From Chitinophagales bacterium (GTDB lineage Bacteria > Bacteroidota > Bacteroidia > Chitinophagales > Saprospiraceae): a stretch of 64,000 bases of DNA. A model generated the notes under the pieces. The model saw only the letters and a list, made by a program, of their open reading frames with translations. It searched no databases and was not told where the DNA came from. Both the position numbers and the translations under genes were made by a program. This document shows positions 26,556 through 34,242 of the stretch, piece by piece. Where the stretch lies: contig JAYUKX010000056.1 of NCBI GenBank assembly GCA_043764095.1, positions 74,175-138,174 on the forward strand, given 5' to 3'. How positions within the stretch are numbered: the stretch's first letter is position 1; the number at the start of each line of letters is the position of its first letter.

Positions 26556-27818
26556 ATGACAGCACATCTGTTAACCATAGGCGATGAAATACTCATTGGC
26601 CAAATTATCGACACTAACTCTTCTTGGATGGGGCGCGAACTCAACCTAAAGGGCATACGTGTCACCAGCAGAAGCAGTGTAGGCGATACCGGGGATGCCA
26701 TCCGAAATGGTATTGCGCACGCCGAACAACAAGCCGATGTGGTGATTATGACGGGGGGCTTGGGGCCGACAAAGGACGATATTACAAAAAAAATATTGGC
26801 GGAAATATTTGAGTCCCAAATGGTTTTTCACGAGCCTACTTTTAGCCGTATTGAAGGTTATTTTGTGAAAATAAACCGCCCTGTGCCTCATACCATGCGC
26901 GATCAGGCTACTTTGCCCGATAAAGCGACCATTTTGACCAATAAAGTGGGTACAGCACCGGGTATGTGGTTCGAGAAAAACGATAAAGTATATATCGCAT
27001 TACCAGGTGTACCTTTCGAAATGGAATACCTGATGAGCCATGAGGTAATACCACGGCTGACCGAGCGTTTTCAATCGCGCCCCATTGCGCACCGTACCTT
27101 GCTTACTGCCGGAGAAGGGGAAACCAATATTGAAAAGCGGATCGAAGATTTTGAACGCAACCTGCCTGCTCATTTAAAAATAGCCTATTTGCCCGGACTT
27201 GGGCAGGTGCGTTTACGCTTGACCGGTGTATGGGAAGGTGCAGTAACGCCAGATTCAGAAGCCATACTAGCGGCAGAATTGGATATAAAAATAGCCGAAA
27301 TGGAGGCCATTATACCTGATTTGGTTTTTGGTCGCGAAGAAGAAACATTAGCGCAAGTGGTGGGACAAAAACTATTGGCGCGCAATTGGCAAATCGGTAC
27401 AGCCGAAAGTTGTACAGGTGGCTATATTGCACACCTTATTACAGAAGTCCCCGGTGCATCCGCTTATTTCCCAGGGGCTATTGTGGCTTATTCCTATGAA
27501 ATGAAGCAAGAAAAACTTGGAGTACCGGCCGCGCTGTTGGCATCGGAAGGGGCGGTGAGTGAGGCCTGTGTCAAATCTATGGCAGAAGGTGCTTTATCGG
27601 CCTTGCAAGTAGATGTGGCCGTTGCAGTATCGGGAATTGCAGGGCCCAGCGGTGGCACGCCCGAAAAACCAGTCGGCACAGTATGGATGGCAGTAGCCAG
27701 CAAAGACAGAACCGTGGCTGTAAAGTATATTTTTGGCCGCGACCGTCGGAAAAATATCGAATTAACGGGTACTTATGCCCTCAATTTAGTGCGCAAATTT
27801 TTAGATGATAAACTATAA
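26556..27818 (+). CDS. cinA: CinA-family competence/damage-inducible protein (MoCF-binding domain plus NMN deamidase domain)
   Basis: 420 aa. The N-terminus LLTIGDEILIGQIIDTNSSWM and TGGLGPTKDD mark the first domain. The C-terminal TAESCTGG and SGIAGPSGG mark the PncC-like domain. Confidence 0.9.
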   Translation: MTAHLLTIGDEILIGQIIDTNSSWMGRELNLKGIRVTSRSSVGDTGDAIRNGIAHAEQQADVVIMTGGLGPTKDDITKKILAEIFESQMVFHEPTFSRIEGYFVKINRPVPHTMRDQATLPDKATILTNKVGTAPGMWFEKNDKVYIALPGVPFEMEYLMSHEVIPRLTERFQSRPIAHRTLLTAGEGETNIEKRIEDFERNLPAHLKIAYLPGLGQVRLRLTGVWEGAVTPDSEAILAAELDIKIAEMEAIIPDLVFGREEETLAQVVGQKLLARNWQIGTAESCTGGYIAHLITEVPGASAYFPGAIVAYSYEMKQEKLGVPAALLASEGAVSEACVKSMAEGALSALQVDVAVAVSGIAGPSGGTPEKPVGTVWMAVASKDRTVAVKYIFGRDRRKNIELTGTYALNLVRKFLDDKL

Positions 27819-27823
27819 TTACT

Positions 27824-28408
27824 ATGGCTAATAGAATAAGCCTTATTGGGGCAATCCTTTTTATTTTTTTCCTGGGTGGCTGGGCCAGTTGGTACTTTTT
27901 TACACCCAAGTCGAATAGTGTGGAAGAAGCACAGGTCATGTTAGAACGGATTCGTACGGTGATGAAACTGGTGACGGTGGAAGGCCAATTTTCAGAGTTG
28001 TTTAGCAATGATGATTACGAAGGCGCCTTTAGTTTCTTTTGGGAGAAGAAAATGTTGGTACGCGTAACGGCTACTGTTTCGGCAGGGTACGATCTTGAAA
28101 AAGTAAAAATAGAAACGGATGCCCAAAATAAAACAATAAGGATCGGTCCACTGCCCGCGGCAACTATACTGAGCATCGACGATAAGGTGGATTACTACGA
28201 TATTTCTGAAGGTATTTTTACCTCTTTTTCACCGCAAGATTTTAACCGCATCAACGAGCGGGTAGAGCAAATTATTCGCGAAAAAGCGCAAACCTCGCTA
28301 CTGCCCTCCGCAGAAGAACAAGGCCGAAAAACCCTCGATATGCTCAAAGCCATGATCGAAAGTGCTGGCTGGAAAGTAGAAATTGTAGGGGAATCTAAGG
28401 GGCGCTAA
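27824..28408 (+). CDS. DUF4230 domain membrane-anchored protein
   Basis: 194 aa with an N-terminal TM helix. MKLVTVEGQFSELF...VRVTATVSAGYDL is typical of DUF4230. It lies 5 nt after cinA. Confidence 0.65.
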   Translation: MANRISLIGAILFIFFLGGWASWYFFTPKSNSVEEAQVMLERIRTVMKLVTVEGQFSELFSNDDYEGAFSFFWEKKMLVRVTATVSAGYDLEKVKIETDAQNKTIRIGPLPAATILSIDDKVDYYDISEGIFTSFSPQDFNRINERVEQIIREKAQTSLLPSAEEQGRKTLDMLKAMIESAGWKVEIVGESKGR

Positions 28409-28418
28409 CAGCAATACT

Positions 28419-28961
28419 ATGACAAAAGAGAAAAAACAAAAATCGGTAGAAATAAATCCGGTAACGCTTATGGCGGCCTTGGTGAGCCTTTGCGCGCTAT
28501 TTCTGTCTGTATATCAGATGCAATTGCAAAAAAAACAACAATATGCCTCCGTATGGCCGCATTTAAGGCCATATTACACGACCAATTTGAATGATTCTAC
28601 CTTTGAATGGGCGCTGCATGTGGCCAATTATGGTGTAGGACCTGCCGTTATACAAGAGGTGATTTACGAAATAGATGGCAAACCATTGGAAAGTTTTGGG
28701 GCATTTACTGATTCATTATCGATTAGCGAGAGTCCAGTATCGGAAGATGCGATCCAAGATTTAATCTATCCAGGGGAGTTCTTGCCTGTCGGCGCAGATA
28801 TTGCGATGATAAGTATCAAACGGGATGCAAAACTATACCCAGCCTTTAATACACAGACCAGAAGGATAAATTTAAGGATCAAATACGCATCGGTGTATAA
28901 CGAGGAATGGGAAGTGTGTATCGCTTGCCCTGATAATTCGCTGAATCAAAAATTGAAGTAG
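28419..28961 (+). CDS. Hypothetical single-pass membrane protein
   Basis: 180 aa with one TM helix (VTLMAALVSLCALFLSVY). I recognise no motif. It lies 10 nt after the DUF4230 gene. Confidence 0.5.
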   Translation: MTKEKKQKSVEINPVTLMAALVSLCALFLSVYQMQLQKKQQYASVWPHLRPYYTTNLNDSTFEWALHVANYGVGPAVIQEVIYEIDGKPLESFGAFTDSLSISESPVSEDAIQDLIYPGEFLPVGADIAMISIKRDAKLYPAFNTQTRRINLRIKYASVYNEEWEVCIACPDNSLNQKLK

Positions 28962-29003
28962 CGTGAATACTTATTGCATCCTAATCACTTGGTTAGCCCT
29001 ATT

Positions 29004-29046
29004 AAAAAAAACGCCAACACAGATCAACCGTGTTGGCGTTTTTTTT
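29004..29046. terminator. Bidirectional intrinsic terminator between convergent genes
   Basis: A7, then stem ACGCCAACAC / GTGTTGGCGT (10 bp perfect, 9-nt loop), then T7. Confidence 0.7.
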
Positions 29047-29064
29047 GTCCACTTACCCTATATT

Positions 29065-29715
29065 TTAGAATGCCACACTCAAACCACCACGGAACATACC
29101 AAGTGAACCCGTACCACATTCAATATGTGCACCTACTGGACCGGCATTAAAACGTACTCCTAAAGCGGTCAACTGACCAGCGGCGTGCATTTTTTGTCCA
29201 TCCCTTTTTTCCCTTGTTTTTTCGTAATTATGCTTTGTAAAACCAATACCAGCACCACTGTAACAGGTTAATTGGTTACGGCACAACCAAGCATATTGCA
29301 CATCGGTCATTACGGTGGTGAACTTTTCGGTATCTTTCGTTTGAATACCAGATAACCAGTTGCGCGTCATATCGTATTCAAAGTGGCTGGTGTTTATGCC
29401 TACTTGAACACGTTTTTCAGCACCTAGACCAATCCGGCAACCCAATGAATAATTCCGCTTGTTGATGATGTATTGCTCGGTCACCTTATCAAACTCGCCT
29501 GCAAATGGATCTGCTTGTCCGCCAGTAACTACAAAGGCGAAAAAACCCAATACGGGTGTTTGCGTATCGTATATATTGTTGTAACGCCCCAAATAATTTT
29601 CATTGGTGGACTCCGTATTTTTACCGATATAGGCTACAAAAGAGGGTTGTTGTTGACCAAAAAGCACAAAACAAGTGCTGCAAACAAGTGCGAAAGAAAA
29701 TGCGATCTTTTTCAT
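29065..29715 (-). CDS. Outer-membrane beta-barrel protein (OmpW/OmpA-beta-barrel-like)
   Basis: I chose the start at MKKIAFSFALVCSTCFVLFGQQ (signal peptide); the ORF is open to 29874. The protein has alternating beta-strands and a C-terminal ...GGLSVAF. A promoter box lies at 29747-29754. Confidence 0.65.
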   Translation of the reverse strand: MKKIAFSFALVCSTCFVLFGQQQPSFVAYIGKNTESTNENYLGRYNNIYDTQTPVLGFFAFVVTGGQADPFAGEFDKVTEQYIINKRNYSLGCRIGLGAEKRVQVGINTSHFEYDMTRNWLSGIQTKDTEKFTTVMTDVQYAWLCRNQLTCYSGAGIGFTKHNYEKTREKRDGQKMHAAGQLTALGVRFNAGPVGAHIECGTGSLGMFRGGLSVAF

Positions 29716-29746
29716 AATAAATGTCGTTTTAATTATTTTGATGACA

Positions 29747-29754
29747 CAAAGGTA
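29747..29754 (-). promoter_or_regulatory. -7 promoter box (TACCTTTG on the minus strand) for the OMP gene
   Basis: CAAAGGTA on the plus strand lies 32 nt upstream of the ATG at 29715, which supports the shorter start. Confidence 0.45.
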
Positions 29755-30062
29755 TGGGTGGATGTACGCCGCTGGAAGGAGATAAGGCTTGGTTTGTATA
29801 TTTTTTAATACAATATCAATAAAACACAAAAAGTACTTGTAATAAAGTAGATACTCGTTATCTAAATTCCGCACTTTTTGAAGTCAATCCCAAAATGACA
29901 TTGATAATCAATGTATTACGAAAATCCGAGTCACCTATTAGGGTGTCCCGTTGTGTTTTTGCGAATAAAAAGGAGTAAAAACAGGAGTTTTAAGATCGGA
30001 AACAGGAATTAGGTCTCAACGCGCGGATAGGTTTGTCCATTTGCCTTAATATGGTTGCAGTT

Positions 30063-30482
30063 CAAAAAAAACAAAAAAAAACTGGGCCGCTCTTTTGCCG
30101 CCCAGTCTTAATTTTACGTATTGCTCAAACTACTACGGGTGTTTGTATCTTTCACCGAATGAAAAAATGCCCCTCTCACACGATTGCTACCCTGTAAAAG
30201 GGGCTCTCCATCGGAATCTAATCATTTAAAAAATTAGGTCTTATTTTTGTATTAAAAAGGTGGTGGACTTTTTAATGATAAGACCTTAATTTGGTATTTA
30301 TTTTTGCTTTTGGTAGAGGCTGAGATAATTTTCAGCATCAAATTTAACGTTAAGAACAACTACATCTTCTTTAAGAACCAGCCAAACAGAATAATATTCT
30401 AAATTTAAGCGTATTATTTTACTCTACTGCTCATAAAAGCGTTATTATGTTATTCTCCCTAATTAAATATGCCACAAAGGTA
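30063..30482 (-). ncRNA. Orphan minus-strand transcription unit (~400 nt) with no convincing ORF; candidate sRNA or small-peptide RNA
   Basis: A -7 box (TACCTTTG on the minus strand) sits at 30475-30482. A minus-strand intrinsic terminator sits at 30063-30106, with stem ACTGGGC/GCCCAGT followed by T9GT8 on the minus strand. A long hairpin spans 30231-30291. The longest minus-strand ORF is 28 codons (MLKIISASTKSKNKYQIKVLSLKSPPPF). Confidence 0.25.
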
Positions 30483-30724
30483 AGGTGAATTACAATACCC
30501 CGCAAGGGCAAATGCAAATTATTTACATTAATTTAACAAATGGACAAAATTTTAATCTAAAAAATAACCTAAAAAGACCTTTAAAACAGAATAATATTTG
30601 CCAAATGTACAATTGCGCAAATATACGCTTTTTGACTTTTTTATATTACTCAAAATTTAATATTTTTTTTTCTGTGCTACTGATTTTGCTACAAAATACT
30701 TTCAAATGACCCACAAATACAAAC

Positions 30725-30732
30725 TACCTTTG
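30725..30732 (+). promoter_or_regulatory. -7 promoter box TACCTTTG placed 4 nt before the ATG (leaderless geometry)
   Basis: The sequence reads TACCTTTG-CAAT-ATG. Confidence 0.45.
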
Positions 30733-30736
30733 CAAT

Positions 30737-31411
30737 ATGGATATCACCAACCTAGACTTTGGCTACCGCTCCGCCGAAAAAATCCTGAACGGCCTCTCTC
30801 TCCATTTAGTACCCGGTGAGAAACATGGTGTTTTGGGGGTAAACGGCGCTGGTAAAACAACCTTGTTTCGACTGCTCTCCGGCCAAATGAAACCCAATTC
30901 TGGTACCATAACCAGCCAAAACCTCCCTTTGCGCCGCGAACAGGTATCTTTCCTTGAAGCAGAACCTTATTTCTATCCCTATATGACTGGGATGGAGTAC
31001 CTACGATTTATCAACGACCAACCCGCCCAAATTGAACGCTGGAATTCGTTATTTGACCTTCCGCTCGTTCAATACGCCGAGGAGTATTCCACCGGTATGA
31101 AGAAAAAACTGGGGCTTATCGGCGTATTATTACAAGAAACCCGTCCATTACTTATCTTGGATGAGCCTTTTAATGGCGTGGACTTTGAAAGCAACGAGAT
31201 CATTATGTCGGTACTCAAACAAAATTATACAGCCTCCAGAACGGTATTGATCTCCTCGCATATACTACCCACACTCACCCGTATTTGCCAACGCATCAGT
31301 GTGTTGCAAAACGGCAGTATTAGCCGTACTTACGAGCAAAGCGAATTTGGGGAATTAGAAAAAATGGTGCAAATAGACGTAGATTTGAAAGTAAGTGAAG
31401 CACTTCGCTAG
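30737..31411 (+). CDS. ABC transporter ATP-binding protein with no adjacent permease
   Basis: 224 aa with Walker A GVNGAGKTTLFRLLSG, signature YSTGMKKKL and Walker B LLILDEPFNGVD. Confidence 0.88.
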   Translation: MDITNLDFGYRSAEKILNGLSLHLVPGEKHGVLGVNGAGKTTLFRLLSGQMKPNSGTITSQNLPLRREQVSFLEAEPYFYPYMTGMEYLRFINDQPAQIERWNSLFDLPLVQYAEEYSTGMKKKLGLIGVLLQETRPLLILDEPFNGVDFESNEIIMSVLKQNYTASRTVLISSHILPTLTRICQRISVLQNGSISRTYEQSEFGELEKMVQIDVDLKVSEALR

Positions 31412-31486
31412 GATTGATATTTGTCGTGCAGCCATTTGCAACAAGTGACCTAAAATATTGTTTCACAGGTTCAATTATCGCGCACT

Positions 31487-31957
31487 ATGTCATTACATTC
31501 ATTTAAAAGAGTACAACGCCTACCTATTACTGTTGATGCAGCATGGGATTTTTTTTCCAATCCCGATAACCTATTGGAAATCACCCCAGAATATATGCAA
31601 TTCAAAGTCACTTCTGACCCTGATTTTCGCACAAAAATATACCCCGGACAAGTCATTACCTATACCGTTCGACCAGTTTTGGGTATTCCACTGTTTTGGA
31701 TGACCGAAATTACGCATGTATCCGACAAAATGTTTTTTGTGGACGAACAACGCATGGGCCCATACCAACTATGGCACCACCAACACCATTTCAAGGCTAT
31801 TCCGGGTGGCGTTGAGATGACGGATTTGGTACATTATCGCGTTCCGATGGGCATACTCGGCGATTTTGCCAACTGGCTTTTTATCCGTAAGCAATTGGAG
31901 GGCATCTTTGCTTTTCGTTGGCAGTGGCTCGAAGGTAGATTTGGCAAGATGGCTTAG
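31487..31957 (+). CDS. SRPBCC (START/Bet v1-like) superfamily protein
   Basis: 156 aa. LPITVDAAWDFFSNPDNLLEITPE...WHHQHHF is typical of the SRPBCC ligand-binding fold. Confidence 0.65.
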   Translation: MSLHSFKRVQRLPITVDAAWDFFSNPDNLLEITPEYMQFKVTSDPDFRTKIYPGQVITYTVRPVLGIPLFWMTEITHVSDKMFFVDEQRMGPYQLWHHQHHFKAIPGGVEMTDLVHYRVPMGILGDFANWLFIRKQLEGIFAFRWQWLEGRFGKMA

Positions 31958-31962
31958 ACCTC

Positions 31963-32352
31963 TTATTTTACGGTAATTCGACTCAATAACCAAGCCGACA
32001 AAACGGCAAATACCGTTTCTGTTGCCATCCATTGCACCGCAAATGCGCCAGGCATACCGTCCAAAATAATACTCATTAACCGTCCTATGGCAAAACCTCC
32101 GGTATAAAGCAACGCTAAAGTGAGACCCATACTTTGTTGGCGAAAAGCAGCATAAAGCCAAAATAACCCAAATGCCAGATTTACCCCTCCATATAGGGCG
32201 CGTACAGAATTACGGGCTGTTAGGTTGCCCAACTGAACTTGTACATTATCAAAAATGGTTTGCGGATCTAGCATCGCCTGTACAGCAATGTTCAAAGTGG
32301 CTAATGCCAACAGAATAAGAAAAATGCGAATAATAAGTGGTGTGTTTTTCAT
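31963..32352 (-). CDS. DUF4345-like four-helix membrane protein
   Basis: 129 aa with four hydrophobic helices and VRALYGGVNLAFG. Confidence 0.5.
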   Translation of the reverse strand: MKNTPLIIRIFLILLALATLNIAVQAMLDPQTIFDNVQVQLGNLTARNSVRALYGGVNLAFGLFWLYAAFRQQSMGLTLALLYTGGFAIGRLMSIILDGMPGAFAVQWMATETVFAVLSAWLLSRITVK

Positions 32353-32421
32353 AAAAATACAACTTTTGTTAAATAATAGTGCAAAAGTCGGCTAGGAAAA
32401 ACACGTAAAACTTGACCGCGA

Positions 32422-33009
32422 TCAAGATTTATTTCTAATTCTGCTCAGGGTTTCGGGTTGTATCCGTAAATAAGTAGCGATATAACGAAGTGGCACCAAT
32501 TGGAAGATATGGGGCGCACGCTTCAGTAGATGCTCGTAGCGTTCAATCGGGCTGGTGGTATGTATTTCAATTTCACGTTCAATGATATTTGCTAATGCCA
32601 TTTCCACCGCAGTTGTCCAAAACCGCGAAATACCAGGACATTTTTCAATAGACATCCGCAAATCTGTCCTCGAAATACCGCAAACATGACATTTGGAGAG
32701 GGCTTGTATCGAAAAAGCAGAGGGCTGTTGGCGAATATAGGACGGAAATGAGCATACTATATTGTTATTATAGGCAAACCCGACACAAATTTCTTCGGTA
32801 TCCGTAGGGTAATAGAGCCGCAATACGCCTTCGTTGACGAACCAAACATGCTGTTCTATTTTCCCTGGAGCACAGAGAAAATCGCCACGGCTTAGTACTT
32901 TAGTTTTGTTCCATAAAAGCGCAAATGCTAACGCTTCTTCTGATGCAATACCAGCCTGTTGTGCTAAAAAATCTGATATACCAATCGAATAATCGTACAC
33001 TTGTTTCAT
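32422..33009 (-). CDS. Crp/Fnr-family transcriptional regulator (cNMP-binding domain plus HTH)
   Basis: I chose the start at MKQVYDY; the ORF is open to 33105 but that extension would overlap anmK by 85 nt. The protein has the beta-roll GDFLCAPGKIEQHVWFVNEGVLRLYY and the C-terminal HTH LRYIATYLRIQPETLSRIR. Confidence 0.8.
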   Translation of the reverse strand: MKQVYDYSIGISDFLAQQAGIASEEALAFALLWNKTKVLSRGDFLCAPGKIEQHVWFVNEGVLRLYYPTDTEEICVGFAYNNNIVCSFPSYIRQQPSAFSIQALSKCHVCGISRTDLRMSIEKCPGISRFWTTAVEMALANIIEREIEIHTTSPIERYEHLLKRAPHIFQLVPLRYIATYLRIQPETLSRIRNKS

Positions 33010-33020
33010 ACACGTTATGC

Positions 33021-34220
33021 TTAATTGGGTAACGATATTTTCCCCATCGACACTAACGGTATTCCGCCCAATACCATCCCCGGAACTGCGGCACCTGCCA
33101 CACATTCATTAGCCAGCATAGCAAACAGCACCGCTTCTTTTGCATCGCCAGGAATTCCAATTTCTGACATATCTTTTATAACCCATTTGGGTAATAATTC
33201 TTTTAAATAATTGATTACAAAAGGATTATGCGCCCCACCACCGCTAACATATATCGCGCCTACTAGCCCGCCAGTTGCCCGCAGGATCGCCTCCGCCACC
33301 GTCTCGGCGGTTAATGTAGCCAATGAAGCCATAATATTGTACGGGTTGTGCGCTGGTGTGCCTTTGGGTAATTGTGCCAACGCAGTATCGACCCAAGCAG
33401 GGCTAAATAATTCGGGGCCGATGGTTTTTGGGAAACCTGCTTTAAAAAAAGGCTCGGACTTGAGCGTATCTACCAAACCGCGATCGGGTACGCCAGCCAA
33501 TGCCAATTGTGCATCTTTATCAAATGGTACACCAAAATGACGTTGTGCATAAGTATCCATTAAGGTGTTACCGGGGCCTGTATCTGTGGCAAAAACAGAT
33601 TCGGTGTGGCCATCGGCAGGCAACCACGTAAAATTGGCAATACCGCCAATATTTAGCAAAATTCGATTTTCCACAGCATTAGCAAACAAAAAATAATCGC
33701 CATATAGTGCTAATGGAGCACCCTCGCCACCGGCAGCCACGTGTTTTTGCCTAAAATCGCTGATGGTGATAATGCCCGTTCGGCGTGCAATATGGTCGCC
33801 ATCGCCAATTTGCAAAGTGGCATTGGGATAGTGGCTCATACCGTGCAATACCTGAGGCGCGTGGAATACCGTTTGGCCATGACTGGCAATGAGGTCAATA
33901 TCCAACGCATTGCAATTCCATGCTTGCAAACAATCATTTACAATGGTCGCGTGCCGTTCTGCAATAATGGCATTCAGTAGCGTAAGATGTTGGAAATCAA
34001 TCTCTTTTTTGGCAAAAACACGTCTTATCTCATCCTTAAACGCCTCGTCGTAGGGGGCTGTATGAAATGCTTTAAGGGTAATATTGGCCTGTTTACCACA
34101 GCCATTTATTTCGCACCAAGCCACATCAAGGCCATCGAGCGAAGTACCCGACATCAGCCCAATGATTTGACGGGTAGGTTTTTGGGCTATTTGGTAGAGG
34201 TGATGAATGTCGCTGAACAT
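33021..34220 (-). CDS. anmK: Anhydro-N-acetylmuramic acid kinase
   Basis: 399 aa with IGLMSGTSLDGLDVA and the ...NIGGIAN... and GGGAHN motifs of AnmK. Confidence 0.9.
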   Translation of the reverse strand: MFSDIHHLYQIAQKPTRQIIGLMSGTSLDGLDVAWCEINGCGKQANITLKAFHTAPYDEAFKDEIRRVFAKKEIDFQHLTLLNAIIAERHATIVNDCLQAWNCNALDIDLIASHGQTVFHAPQVLHGMSHYPNATLQIGDGDHIARRTGIITISDFRQKHVAAGGEGAPLALYGDYFLFANAVENRILLNIGGIANFTWLPADGHTESVFATDTGPGNTLMDTYAQRHFGVPFDKDAQLALAGVPDRGLVDTLKSEPFFKAGFPKTIGPELFSPAWVDTALAQLPKGTPAHNPYNIMASLATLTAETVAEAILRATGGLVGAIYVSGGGAHNPFVINYLKELLPKWVIKDMSEIGIPGDAKEAVLFAMLANECVAGAAVPGMVLGGIPLVSMGKISLPN

Positions 34221-34242
34221 GTGTGAATAAGGGTTTGGAGGG

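Noticed and set aside
29716-29874. A 53-aa N-terminal extension of the OMP ORF (MRNLDNEYLLYYKYF...).
   Set aside because: A -7 promoter box (29747-29754) lies inside the extension. The internal Met starts a canonical signal peptide, MKKIAFSFALV..., so the shorter start was chosen.
30485-30709. A 74-aa plus-strand ORF in the AT-rich gap upstream of the ABC ATPase gene.
   Set aside because: It is low-complexity and Asn, Lys, Ile and Phe-rich, which reflects AT-rich DNA. The start is GTG with no promoter box. I treat it as non-coding.
33010-33105. A 32-aa N-terminal extension of the Crp/Fnr ORF that overlaps anmK by 85 nt.
   Set aside because: The extension is Cys, Arg and Gly-rich with no homology-like pattern. 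The internal ATG at 33009 leaves a 11-nt gap to anmK and gives a normal-length regulator.
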